A stretch of DNA of 64,000 nucleotides from Octopus vulgaris (lineage: Eukaryota), in the NCBI GenBank assembly GCA_951406725.2, contig OX597824.1, forward strand, positions 28,582,001-28,646,000. The letters are read 5' to 3'. A program made the position numbers and the translations under genes. The notes below the pieces were generated by a model that did not search any database, had not been told where the DNA came from, and saw nothing but the letters and a program-made list of their open reading frames with translations. Shown here piece by piece: positions 1 to 13,530 of this stretch (the stretch's first letter is position 1; each line of letters opens with the position of its first letter).

Positions 1-638
1 TCAGGGCCCCACCCATGCCAGGTTCGTTAACTACCCTGTCTATGATGTAGCGCATCAGATGGAGGTTGTCATGGATGGTCCGGCCTGGCACGGCGCATGT
101 TTGCGCCTTGTCGACCAGTTTCTCGATGACAAGCGCCAACCTCTTGGCTAACACCTTGGCCAAAATTTTCAAGTCTGCATTAAGCAGAGTGATGGGCCTA
201 AAGTTATCTATTACATTTCCCTTGTTTAGATCTTTCTTCAGCAGTGTTACGGCTCCTCGGCTCACAAAACCAGGAATGCTCCCGTTTTGCTGCCAGTTGC
301 AGTACACCGCCGCCAAGAGATCTCCAAACAAGTCTGGCATACAATTGTAAAGCTCGTAGGGTAGACCATCCAAACCCGGTGATTTGTCCCTCGAGCATTC
401 TGCCATCGCTTCCCGCACTTCCGCCGCCGTGATGGCACCTTCGCAGCACCCTGCCTTTCTTGTCGAGAGTCGTGGTAGGCTATGTAGGTAGGCACTGAAG
501 TCCACCCTACGTTCTTGCCCTCCACTCGTTCCGAACAGTCGGGAAAAATGCTGCTGAAAGGCCTCACACATTTTACTTGGCTCGAGCAATTCGCGCCCCT
601 GTTCATCTACCAGTGACCGAATGGTGGCTTTGTTGCCC
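1..638 (-). mobile_element. 5'-truncated Tx1/L1-clade non-LTR retrotransposon, ORF2 reverse-transcriptase region, running off the window edge
   Basis: Manual translation of the minus frame 637->2 is stop-free for 212 aa and absent from the ORF track: ...ITAAEVREAMAECSRDKSPGLDGLPYELY...GAVTLLKKDLNKGNVIDNFRPITLLNADLKILAKVLAKRL...AQTCAVPGRTIHDNLHLMR. These are L1/Tx1-type RT N-terminal motifs. The fragment abuts (GATA)n at 639. Confidence 0.9.

Positions 639-728
<90 letters not shown>
639..728. repeat. (GATA)n microsatellite
   Basis: Perfect tetranucleotide run directly at the LINE truncation point. Confidence 0.97.
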
Positions 729-1623
729 TTCTGTACCTCTTCTGTTACTACCTCGTTCATATCCTCTCAATTTAGAATACCTGAAATGACAAGCATTTAC
801 ACCACACTTACACATAAGCATATACACACACACAAGTGTGTATGTACATGCTTGTACATGCGTGTGAGTGTGTGTGTGTTGTGTGTGTTTGAGTGTATGC
901 GTCCACTGGCGCGTTTGTATGGGAATAGTTCTACGTGCTTTCACTTATATTCACTCGGTTCTGTATATATTCATATCTGTAAATAACCATTCCGATTGCT
1001 ACGTGGAAGACATCCATCTTAGAATCTGTCGAAGAATTCAATATATAAGTCCGATATATATCTATAACTTTTGAGTGCCCAACTAATTTTTGCTGGCGAT
1101 ATTATTAGTGACTGATGCCAAGAGACATGGAGTAAATTTTGCAAGCTTCTTTACTCTCACCAACGCAAATCACGCCTGTGCGAGATGCGAAATTTTTCCG
1201 CTCGAAAGTCATTCTTCAATGAAAGTTTTGGGAGCTCTCATTTCCTGGAGGTAGATAAATCATCATTTCCCGCACACACACACACAAACACACACACGCA
1301 TACTACTTCTCCGAGGCGTTCTTTATTCTATATGCGGACATTAATGGTATTGCAAAGATGTTGTATTTCTCTTTCAGCGATTGCTCTATGACGTCGAAGA
1401 CTTATTACTCGAGATCCAGCGACTAAATCTCGCATCTCTAATCGGGACTTTTCATGCTTAAATGATTTATGGGAAATAACTTACGAAGCTTATTGCATTA
1501 CAACAGTCATAGTGAACTGTCAGTTTAGCTTCAACGAAATACACATAGCATCGTTTACTGATAGGTGTATTTGCCGAAAAATAATGGCAGATTTTCATAT
1601 ATGCCAACGTTTTCTGGTCTGTG

Positions 1624-1678
<55 letters not shown>

Positions 1679-1909
1679 TTTCTATACTTCTTATGTTTAT
1701 TTCTGCTATTTTTTATTTCAGTTTCTTGTTGTTATTTTTCCATTTAAGTCTTAATAGTCGGAAAGAAATTAGAAAAAGAAGGAAACATACAAGACAGACA
1801 ATAAATATTACTAAAACGAAATATACGAAATCGCACACCGTCATAGTAACTAACATATACTTATACACATACACTCATACACCACAGGCCTTACGACTTA
1901 CTACGTGCG

Positions 1910-1974
<65 letters not shown>

Positions 1975-2751
1975 GTATATATATATACACACAAATATAT
2001 ATGTATATACACACGAATATATATATATATACACATTCATAAATATACATATATATATCTTTATGCTCATATGTATGTGTATACATGTATGTAGATACTT
2101 GTGCGTATATGAATATATAATTATGTTTATATACTTAAATGTGTGCGTCTGTGTGCATGTGTGTATATAAACATACATACATATATATGTGTGTGTGTGT
2201 GTTGTAATACGCCTGCATATACATGTGTAGAAATATGTATAACTAAATATATACGCAGGAGCAACAAAGACACATATGTCTCCACATGTATTCACTGATA
2301 TGCACATAGATAACCACTGTAAAAGATTTACAAACAAGACCACGCGACAGCAAAGCAATTTCACACGAACGCATACATGCTATCATGATGACAAAATATA
2401 TTCGACATAACACATAAGATGCTACACATCGATGGCCGATAAAGGAAAACATTTTTTTTTATAACGCAAAAAAAAAAAAGCAGTACAAACAACATTACTT
2501 CGCCATCAGTGTATGTACGTATTTATATATATTATATTGTATTTGATTGCCCGTGTTCAGTGCACTGCAGGCCGAGGACCGCAGTATGTTCTCCCCACTG
2601 AGCACGGCCTGATGTGGAGGCCGTGAATTTGAACGTAAGATTGTACTGGTTTCATAATCCTACACTGTCAAATCTGACACCGCATGTAAATATGTGTTCA
2701 TGTATATGTATATATTGCACTGTCTTAAAGCGCGTATGAAACAATATATTG

Positions 2752-2942
2752 GTTCAATTTTGACACCAGGCCATTAATTTCAGACAATGGGAGAAGTCGA
2801 TTCCCTCGACTTCAGTACTCAGCTGTTGTTTATTTTATCCACCCCAAAAGTATGAAAGGCAAAGATGACCTCAGAGCTTGAACATGGACGAAATTCCGCA
2901 AAACATCTTGCCCGGCGTGCAAAAGATTCTGCCAGCTCACCG
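2752..2942 (-). mobile_element. Degenerate tRNA-derived SINE, family B (Nin/Deu-like central domain)
   Basis: Diverged match to the 51045-51448 and 52216-52815 copies (gaaaggcaaag..acctc, cccggcgtgc..gattctgccagctc). Confidence 0.7.
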
Positions 2943-3170
2943 AAGCTAAGTATTAAAACGCAAATGTAAAAATATGTATAAAATTAAGAAGGTTTATATA
3001 TGTGTGCGCATATTTGTGTATATGTATGTTTGCATCGTTCTTCGCGCGCACTTGTGTGTGTGTATGTGTGTTTGTATACACTAGCATTCATAAAGAAATC
3101 GTTTGTATAGGGGAATGCACGTAACATTTACACATAGAAATTATTAAGAGAACGGTATTCCTCTGAAAGT

Positions 3171-3215
<45 letters not shown>

Positions 3216-3552
3216 AAATATAAATAGATAGATATATATACGGGTGTGTGTGTGATTGTGTATAGAAGAATATATTAATAAAAGGAATTCCGACCTTGTC
3301 TGATTTTCACGTTTTATTTACAATCTTATAATGATATAAGATAATATAATAAAATAAAATAAAATAATAGAATGTTAAATGTTCATTCTGATTGAACATA
3401 TATATATATATATATATATATATTTCAGTGTATGTATATACGCATTTATATCTATGTATATGTATATGCGCGTGTATGTATATGTTTATGATTATGTGTA
3501 TGCGTATTTGTGCATACACTTTCATGTTGAGAAGTCATCATTTATAGCAATA

Positions 3553-3613
<61 letters not shown>

Positions 3614-3614
3614 C

Positions 3615-3652
<38 letters not shown>

Positions 3653-3654
3653 CC

Positions 3655-3714
<60 letters not shown>

Positions 3715-4032
3715 GTATATACATATACCCACAAGCCGACCAAGTTGACTACGTATAGCAGTCTAAGAGAGGCAATCCCTTGCACTTAACCCATTGTCCC
3801 AGTGGTCAACAAGTAGTTACGAGGTCTTTTCTCCCTCCACTTTCAAGAGTGGTCGTAGGCCATTAGAGCCAAAAGAAACGCCGTAAAGCTAAGAGTTTTA
3901 TGGATGTGAAATACAGGGTAAACCCATAGCTATCTATATCTAATTACTCTACTACTGTATAACTTAGATTACGCTTCTTTTCCGTATTACGATATACATG
4001 CATACATACATGCATACATACATACGTATAGG

Positions 4033-4084
<52 letters not shown>

Positions 4085-4647
4085 GAGGGAGAGAGAGAGA
4101 GAGAGAAATATGTGTATATATATTATATATTTATCGTGTGTGTGATTGTGCGTGTTTTATTACTGAGAATTTTATGAGAAAATGTTAAGATATTTTGGGA
4201 TTTGTAGAAGTACAACTAATTTAGTACTGATACTTTTTTCACAAAATCTTATATGGACCCCGTAGGTTATATGGACCGTGGATGAGAGCCACTAGTCTAA
4301 GGTATATTACCCTTTGAAATAAATGTTACGTATGTCCTCTTATCTTCATGGGTTACGTCTCTATTGAGCTTTGAACTGTCTACTCTGTGAAGTCTTTTAC
4401 TCCATAGTATAAATTTTGAGAGTATTCCTCACTGCTATTAGAGTAGCAGAAACTCAGAGAAACAGAGCAAACGATTTCCATGTTACCCATACTCAACTAA
4501 ATAATAACTGCAAATAACTTTAAATCACAAAATGTATAATTACAAAGGGATTTACCAGCAAAACATTTAAGAGTGGAAATTGTACAGGTACAAATTGCCG
4601 ATATAGAATAGTTTTAGGCGCTACACACAATTGGTATATTTAACAAT

Positions 4648-5051
4648 GTGGCTGTGTGGAAAGTAGCCTGTCTACCAACCACAGAGTTCCGGGTTCAGTC
4701 CCACTGAGTGGCACCTTGGGCAAGTGTCTTCTACTATAGCCTCGGGCCGACCAAAGCCTTGTGAGTGGATTTGGTAGACGTAAAATGAAAGAAGCCTGTC
4801 GTATATATGTATGTATATATATATGTATATGTGTGTATATGTTTGTGTGTCTGTGTTTGTCCCCCCTAGCATTGCTTGACAACAGATGCTGGCGTGTTTA
4901 CGTCCCCGTCACTTAGCGGTTCGGCAAAACAGACCGATAGAATAAGTACTGGGCTTACAAAAAATAAGTCCCGGGGTCGATTTGCTCGACTAAAGGCGGT
5001 GCTCCAGCATAGCCGCAGTCAAATGACTGAAACAATTAAAAGCGTAAAGAG
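4648..5051 (+). mobile_element. tRNA-derived SINE, family A (CORE-like motif, internal microsatellite, CR1-like tail)
   Basis: B-box-like gggttcagtccc, ccttgggcaagtgt core and ggcggtgctccagcat..gactgaaac tail. Near-identical to 43121-43528. Confidence 0.9.
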
Positions 5052-5147
5052 TAATATCTGTAGCTAAAGAAAATTAATGTTATACCTTTTTCCAGTACTT
5101 TATATATTTTAATGTTATCGCTTTGAATAGGGAGGAAACCTAAATTT

Positions 5148-5258
5148 TATTGGGTTCTCCGGGAAGTTCGTGCCGATTTTCAAGGAAAGAAAAAGGTCAA
5201 TAAATACTTGCCATTACATTTTTAATCAACCAAATATGAACCATTCTGTTGCACAATG
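5148..5258 (-). mobile_element. Mariner 3' end fragment with TIR
   Basis: TIR-like tattgggttctccgggaagttcgtgccg. The minus strand encodes IVQQNGSYLVD*, a mariner transposase C-terminus. Confidence 0.65.
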
Positions 5259-5266
5259 TGGCTCTA

Positions 5267-5920
5267 TGGTCCGGGAATTAGATGGTAAATGTTTTTATTT
5301 TTCATTCCCTTCGAGAATTTATCCCTAATTAGTGGTTTGGACTTTAACTGTTCTTTCTAGCGTAATGAATTCCTATGATGGAAGCCTCCTAATGTGTTTT
5401 AATGTACACTGTATTTTATATGAATAATATATAGTCTATTAACTAATTTTCTTGTACGCTAGGCCACTGGTAGTAAAATTTTCTATAGTTCTTATTACTC
5501 TGATATCATATATATTTCTATGCCAAAATTTCTATTTGGATACATTTGGGGTACTTAAGTGTACACATGGCTTTGCGCATAGTTGCTCTGTGTGTGCAAG
5601 TAAGTATTTTATTTATTTGTTAACGTATTTAGCGCTGATGACAAGAAAGTTCTTTATGAATTAACACAGAAATCGGGCCGATTCGGTAATAACGAAACTT
5701 TTTTGAAATTTCTGTCATCTTGCTTGGAGACGCGGGTTTTAGCGATAAAATATTTATGGTTATTGACGATTTAAAGTATATTTCTCGGCATATTTGGCAT
5801 AGAAGTGTTTTCTTTTGCCTTTATTTATAAGTTGTTTATAATTTTCTCCTTAAAAGGGGTCTTTTAATATGCTAGCCACTGATGAACTTTTTTGAAAATT
5901 TTATCCTATATTAGATGATA
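5267..5920. mobile_element. Unclassified interspersed repeat, possibly Penelope-like
   Basis: 5267-5506 is shared with 49168-49426, with one segment inverted. A ctgatga..gaaa motif lies near 5879. Confidence 0.5.
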
Positions 5921-6466
5921 TATATATATTATATGTATGTATGTATGTATGTACATACATATATATGTATATATGTAGGGATTATAAAGATAAAGAGAAG
6001 TGTACGTTATTAGTTTCTACGTACGGTTTCTTAATTTTCCCTTACGTACGTTATGTGTGTCGTAACTATCAACAGGACTATACCGGATGCTGGAGGCATA
6101 ATGACAATCTAGGCGGATCTCTGAGCCATAAAGTAGTAGTTGTACCTTTGACAATACACACAAGATATATATGTATCTGTGCGTGTGTAAGTGCGTATAT
6201 TTGTGTGCGAGCGTGTGTGTGTGCGTCTGTGCTCAAACACATTCTGTCACTCACAAGCACAACGGTGCACGCAGACACGAGTATAAACACAGACATACAC
6301 AAACGCTTGCCTGTCTGTCGTTCGAGAGCAAAGATTCTTTCCTTCGATGAGTTGATCCCTCGGCCCTTGGGATAACGAATAAATGGATGAGTATTAAACA
6401 GATGTGGAAGAATGCGCATGGCAAAACTTTACAAAAAAGTTTTACCTTTGCATTATCGATAAACGT

Positions 6467-6722
6467 GGAGGCGCGTGGCGTAGTGGTCAAGGTGTCAGCA
6501 TCATGGATGTAAGATTGTGTATTCGATTCCTGGACCGGGCGACGCGTTGTGTTCTTGAGCAAAACGCTTCATTTCACGTTGCCCCAGTCCATTCAGCTGG
6601 CAAAAATGAGTAACGCTGAAATGGACAGGCGTCCCGTCCAGCTGGGGAACACATGCGCCATAGAAACCGGGAAACCGGGCGCATGAGCCTGGCTAGGCTT
6701 TAAAAGGGCGCATTTATTATTA
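6467..6722 (+). mobile_element. tRNA-derived SINE, family C (CORE/Meta-like domains)
   Basis: A box tggcgtagtgg, B box attcgattcc, and atggacaggcgtcccgtccag..gaaaccggg. Matches 61617-61872 in reverse. Confidence 0.85.
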
Positions 6723-6992
6723 TCCTTAAACAGCACCCGACGGATTTCCGTACAATTTCTGTCTAACCAATTTATCGAGTGAGGTATTTGACGATACCAT
6801 GGTATTACCAAATTTAGAATTGCCCAAGATACCACGGAATGGATCGAAACTGGAATCATCTGGTTGCGAAGCAAACTTCTTAGCCGCTCAGCCATATTGC
6901 ACTTAATCTCTCAACTCTTTCCCTTCGTCTCTCTCCATCTCTCTCTCTTTCTCTGTGTCAGCCCTCTCACGCTTCAGTGTGAGTGCTTATAT

Positions 6993-7056
<64 letters not shown>

Positions 7057-7692
7057 ATATACATATACATATATGCGATATATTCATATGTGTGCGTATA
7101 CGCGTGTGTATGTGCATTTGTGCATAAACATATATATATATATATATATATGCGTGTGTGTGTGTGTGTGTGTGTGTTGTGTGTGAGTTGAGTGTGCGTC
7201 TGTGTGTGTCTGTTCATAATTCAATATGGCAATACTAACAACCTGGCGTAGAACTCAATATATATATATACATTTATTTTTACACACATACATACAAGTT
7301 TGTCGGTGCGTATGTGAGTGTGTGTGGGTGTATGTGTGTAAGTGCATGCGTGTACGTGTGTAAGCCTTTCGACTAATGAAAAACGCAAAAAATGAACAGA
7401 AACTGTGAAAGATTATATTTTATTTTTCGGTTGTGGAACCACTTTGGGTAAGTCATCAATAAGGATTTGAACGGGGATTATCACAGTTAGGACGGAATTC
7501 TTGTGATAACGTTTTTAATGAAAAAAAAATTGTCTTTGATGTGCGTGTATACATATATAAATATTGATATATATATTTATATATACACATACAACCATAT
7601 ACTTATATGCATGTATATATATATATATATATCTACACATTTGTTTAAATATATATATATATATGTTTATATATAGAGATATGTATATATAT

Positions 7693-7737
<45 letters not shown>

Positions 7738-7753
7738 CATATATATATATTTG

Positions 7754-7820
<67 letters not shown>

Positions 7821-8370
7821 ATAGACGTGCGTAAGTATTCTGCCGATTGGCGCTGTTGTTGGATCGTAGGGTAACCAGATTAATGGTAATCGTTATGGCT
7901 CTTTCCGCAGTAAGTTCAAATCCCACCTTGGACAACTTCCCCGTTTTTTTCATTGTCATGGTCATTGCATAAAATACAAGTTTCGAATGGAAATCGAGTC
8001 TTCCTCTCTTTCTATCATTCTCTCTTTATGTTTGTCAGACTTAACTCCCTTGTGTAAGAAATCGGTGATGTTCAGATGTGGAGAGGAATGAACATAGCCA
8101 GGCATGAAAAGGCCCTTCACACGCTTTATGTCCCGACGGTGTCTCTACAACAAGACCAGGTTTTGAATATCTACATTCATTTTCCACAAAAATAAATTAC
8201 TTAAAGACTTAGCTCTATATTTTCAGAGCATACTAAACATATCTCTTGGTTCGATAATTTATGGTGTATTTCTTTTATTTAGTTTCATGGTACCTAGCTG
8301 CAACTTGTATGTATGTATGTGTATATATATAGGCACGAACACACACATACATATATAAAGAAAGAGATAA

Positions 8371-8371
<1 letters not shown>

Positions 8372-8448
<77 letters not shown>

Positions 8449-8463
8449 GATTGATAGATAGAT

Positions 8464-8547
<84 letters not shown>

Positions 8548-8556
8548 ATAGATAGA
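8372..8556. repeat. (GATA)n microsatellite
   Basis: Long, slightly interrupted tetranucleotide run. Confidence 0.95.
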
Positions 8557-9269
8557 CACACCTACAGTTATGTGTATGTATGCGGTGTGTGTATGTGTAT
8601 CTGTGTCTGTGTGTCCGTATGTGTGTCTGTGTCTATGTTAGATAACTAGATAGACTACATACCTAAAATTTATGGTTGCTCTTTATTGAAAGAAACAGTA
8701 GACTACTTCAAAAATAAAATTTTGGTGTTAAACATTCAAACACTGGGGACCAATTCTTAACTTGCAGCCTCTCAGTAATTCATTCTTGTAAGAAGTTTGA
8801 TGCCTGACTAGAAAACTATGTCAGTTTAATAGACATCACTTCAATTTTTGAAAATGAATCTTTAGTGGTTCCAACAACAACAAAAACATTAGCAACAACA
8901 CTGGTATCTCTGGTTGGTTAAGTGGCTTGCTTCTCACTCATGAAGCTGTGCTTTCGTTTCTATACGTTGGGTCAACCAGTTCCATGTGAAGAAAATTGTG
9001 TAAAGTTAAACTATAGAATTTAGTTCGATAAACAGTGAATGCCATTAAAAGATAATGCGAGGAGTACTCAGCCTGTTCATACGCTCGTTCATCCATGAAA
9101 GTCGTCAGATCCATCGGAACGTAGATGTTCGCAACACGAAACTGTCAGGAGAGTTCTTGAATTTAACAGACTACCTAGATAATACTAATTAATTATGTCA
9201 TTATAAGTCCTTTATACACATGCAAATCAACAAGCGAATTTCTTTGCGCGTATCACATATTTATGAACA

Positions 9270-9480
9270 TATATACGAGTCAAGACTATTGAAAAGGTTG
9301 CAAGACGCAACGAAAATTTTAGGAAAATAAAAATAAGAAATAAGTGGAAATTTTACCGGTGAGTGTGTTACATTATAAGGCACAAAAAGAAAATGACTCT
9401 CCCCAGACACGACAGAGTATGCTTCAACACACGAACTCATATAAAGAATCTTGCAAACCAAATCCAAAAACGAAATATAT
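9270..9480 (+). mobile_element. Putative Penelope-like terminal fragment with hammerhead-like motif
   Basis: TTGAAAA-G-GTTGC-aagac-GCAAC-GAAAATTTT at 9289-9320, in TA-rich flanks. Confidence 0.4.
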
Positions 9481-9502
9481 TCATATATTTACATCCATAT
9501 AT

Positions 9503-9726
9503 ATATTTCTTTACGACCCACAAGGAGCTAAACACAGAGGGGACAAACAAGGACAGACAAAGGAATAAGTCGATTACATCGACCCCAGTGCGCAACTGGT
9601 ACTTAATTTATCGACCCCGAAAGGATGAAAGGCAAAGTCGACCTCGGCGGAATTTGAACTCAGAACGTAACGGCAGACGAAATACAGCTACGCATTCCGC
9701 CCGGCGTGCTAACGTTTCTGCCAGCA
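9503..9726 (-). mobile_element. Family B SINE monomer with Tx1-like tail
   Basis: Reverse complement of gctggcagaaacgttagcacgccggg..gagttcaaattccgccgaggtcgac..tttagctccttgtgggtcgtaaagaaat, ending in a TA run. Confidence 0.9.
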
Positions 9727-9921
9727 ACCATAATTTCATAAATAAGAGTGTATAAAGATATATACACAAAGAGAGTAGCCATGGCAGGAATTCTTACATG
9801 CTATAAAGGGCAGTTAACACCAACCACGAAAAAATAATTCTAAAGGTACACCGATAAAGCATAGAATGAAAGGAATTGGTATTTTTAGTTAATCCTCTCT
9901 TTCTCTTTCTCTCTCTCTCTT

Positions 9922-9961
<40 letters not shown>

Positions 9962-9963
9962 TA

Positions 9964-9999
<36 letters not shown>

Positions 10000-10661
10000 T
10001 GTATGTATGTATGTATGTATGTATGTGTGTGTATATGTGTGTAGGCGTATTAATTTAGGATATAGTCATTAAAATGATTTTATCAGTTGCTAGAGTATAA
10101 AAAGTGACTGTATCGGTAAAATTAATTTTTAAGTATATAATTATAAATTATAATTATAATTGAGGGCTCTGGAATGCCAGCGCCTATACGCTAAAAGTAG
10201 ATGTCAAATAGCTGCAATCCAGTCTAAATTAGTTCTCCATTTATAACACTAGTTCGGATGCGAGGTAATGAGATACATATTTATGTTACCACACTCACAG
10301 ATGACGCACTACAATGAAACTCGTATTGCCAAACTCTGAACTTCAGATTTAATAAATACATATATACACATACATATACATATACAAAAATACGTATACA
10401 CATATATTCAGTTATATAGGTGTGTGTGCATGTGCGTGTGCGCGTGTGTGTCTGTATCTATACGAATACATATTTATATGAATGTGTATATGTATGTAGG
10501 CGCATGTATTTATGTATGAATGTTTGTTTATGTAAATACTCAGATAAGTATCGTCACGTGTATATTTATACACACATTGTTTATATATATACGTGCATTT
10601 GTGGCGTATCTCTCTCTATCTATCTATCTATTTATTTATCTCTCTATCTTTCTCTCTTTCT

Positions 10662-10693
<32 letters not shown>

Positions 10694-10714
10694 TTATATA
10701 TATATACACACACA

Positions 10715-11616
10715 CAGCGGTTGCGATGGATAAATTGCAGCCATTTTATGTTTTTTCTTAAATTTCCCGCAAGCACGTTGTGTTGTTGATATTGTCGACT
10801 ACACAGTATAGTAGGCACAGTTGGGCACCGTCTGTGAGAAAACAGCACCATGACGCAATTCACGCTGCCAGAAATTGGGAAACAACATGCTGTACAGACT
10901 GGCATTCGCCTCGTAAGTGCCAATACGAATGTCTTACAGTGGGTGTCGATCTGAGGACAGTCCAATCTAAGAACACATACCGAGAGAAATAAAAATCAAA
11001 CATCCAGTCAACATCATGATGTTTGGAGTGATCACTAGTGATGGCGACATTATGCCTCCATTCATCTTCTCACTCGGCCTCAGACTCAACACGGAGGCCT
11101 ACATCAAGTGCCTGGAGGAGGTAGTAGTGCCCTGGGTGAAGAATGTTGCTGCTGGAAGACCCCATGTTTGGCAACGGTACTCTGCACTATGCCACACAAG
11201 CAGGAGAATCCAATCATGGCTGTAAGACAAGTTTTGCAACCATATGACTCCTAAAATCTGGCCACTTAACACCCCAAACTGCAGCACCCTCGATTATTAT
11301 GTGTGGGGCGCAGTTGAGAGAGAGAGAGAGACCAAAAAACTCTTTGTAACACCAAAGATGAGCTGAAGGCAAGGATTATGGCAACATTCACCAACTTAAA
11401 TATATGGAGGCCGTCCAAAAGTGTTGCAGGAGATTCCGAAGCTGTCTGGAGGCTGTGGTTGAAGCCACTGGCGATATTTTATTGAATAACTTTACTCGTT
11501 AGTATTTCAAGATTGTTTTTTATTCAATATTGGTAAATATATCTGTTAAAACGAGATGTCAGTGTAATCTTTATTTTTGCGTAATTTAGACGACAGTTTA
11601 TTCACCGCACCCTGTA
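10715..11616 (+). mobile_element. Internally deleted Tc1/mariner-superfamily transposon of DD37D (maT) type
   Basis: Imperfect TIRs (cagcggttgcgatggataaa / tttattcaccgcaccctg). The relic reads MMFGVITSDG..WQR(Y)SALCH..IWPLNTPNCSTLDYYVWG, with 37 residues between the second (mutated) and third catalytic positions and an in-frame stop. Confidence 0.85.
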
Positions 11617-11639
11617 GACACACACATACACATGAGTGT

Positions 11640-11698
<59 letters not shown>

Positions 11699-11913
11699 CC
11701 TGTGTCACTGGCGTATATGCAGTCGGTGATCTGGCTAGCATTCCGACGGCTACGTTTCCCTGTTGCCTAAACGGCGCTACGTCTCGTTTTAACTGCAATA
11801 TTTCAACCAAACTTAACGGCCGAGTTTATCATTTTCTCCAGATAGCTGCTTATTCTTGTAATAATTCACACAGCACGCTTAAACAAAGAATCACATTTCT
11901 TTTCCATGTGTTA

Positions 11914-11949
<36 letters not shown>

Positions 11950-12239
11950 GTTATCGATATAAGTCGTTACTTGTTGTATTTCGTTTCGGTTTTGGTATCT
12001 TTTTTTTTTCTTTCTTGTATTCGTTTCTGTTCTTTCTTTGCATTGCTCTTTTTTTTTATGTTATCGCCTTTTATTTATTTTTTTATATATATATATATAT
12101 ATTTTTGGCTCCTGAACTCCGATATAATATGAAATATGCCGTGTCTTAAACTGTTGTCTCAACATACGCCGAAACATATATATTTTTTCTTAACATTTCG
12201 CAAGATTAGTACTGTGGCCGTTTGTTGTCGCTATTTTTA

Positions 12240-12278
12240 CAATTATCATTATTATTATCATTATTATTATCATTATTA

Positions 12279-12313
<35 letters not shown>
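12240..12313. repeat. (ATT)n-like microsatellite
   Basis: Trinucleotide run. Confidence 0.9.
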
Positions 12314-12316
<3 letters not shown>

Positions 12317-13208
12317 CATAATTATAGCTATTGCTGTCTAAGACGACTTTTTTCTGAATTTATTTGCTTTTATTCCTCTATTGGTGCTGTCTTTCATTGA
12401 ATTTGTTTTTCTTCATCTTTTCTGCTTCATCTTCTTTATGCCCTCTCTTTCTCTCTTTTTTCTCTCTTTACATTTTTTGCCTTGTTTTTTTTGTTCTTGT
12501 CGATAATTTTTTTTTGTAGCACTAGGTCAGCCCTGTTCGAGTAAAGCTAAGATGGAAGGCATTCTGTCATTCATTAATCAACACGTCTTTTTTGTTTGTA
12601 TGTAGGAGAACCCGTGAGCAAAATTAGCCATCGTGTGCATCCTTTTCTAAGACAGTAGAGTATTAACTCGGTTGCTATTTCTAGCAAGCCAATGCAACCT
12701 CAAGAGGTTCCTTTGTCAATGCCGGACAAAAGTTATCGAGACACTCTATTACAGCTCTTTTTAGTCATGACGAACGATGCTGTCATTCGAGTTTATTTTC
12801 AATGCTAGTATCGTTCAGTAAAAATGTCATACTGGTACTCTTGGGTATTGTTAGTGATACACCAGTCTAATGTAGTTATTGTCGGAGTAAAAATATTAGT
12901 TGTTCGTCGGGTGGTGATAGAAATTTTAGTGGTTATCATAGCGGCGATGTAGTAGTTTAGAAAACAAAACCCTTTAAGAGATACATATAGTGGTTACACT
13001 TGTGTAATGTTAGCTGTCTACAAGTTTTCTGGTGTTGTGTCTGTACTAGATGTAGCAGTTTAGGTTACAGTAGTACTGAAGTATATTACTGTCGTGACTG
13101 TAATAGAGATGATGGCTGTTCTTTTGTGAAAGTGGAGGTTGTGTTGGTTTTGGAGCATCCTATGCTGAGGTAGTAGAAGAAATATTAGTGGTATATGTTA
13201 TAGTGTGT

Positions 13209-13530
13209 GAAGGCGCATGGCTCAGTGGTTACAGCGTCTAGCTTACAATCATAAGGTAGTGAGCTTGATTCCAGGTCGGGGGTGTGTGTTGTGTTCTTGA
13301 GCAACACACTCTCTTTCACGTTGCTCCAGTTCACTCAGCGGTGGAAATGAGTTGCGACGTCACTGGTGCCAAGCTGTATGGGCCTTTGCTTTTCCCTTGG
13401 ATGAGAGGCGAGGCTGCTATGTATGGGCGACTGTTGGTCTTCTATGAACAACCTAGCTCGGATTTGTGCCTCGGAGGGGAACTTTCTAGGTACAATCCCA
13501 CGGTCATTCATGATCGAAGGGGCATTTACC
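13209..13530 (+). mobile_element. tRNA-derived SINE related to family C, with a different 3' half
   Basis: ggcgcatggctcagtggtta head and gtgttcttgagcaa..tttcacgttgctccagt shared with 6467-6722. Confidence 0.75.

Noticed and set aside
66-606. Four listed ORFs overlapping the first 600 bp
   Set aside because: Shadow frames of the real RT frame (minus, 637->2).
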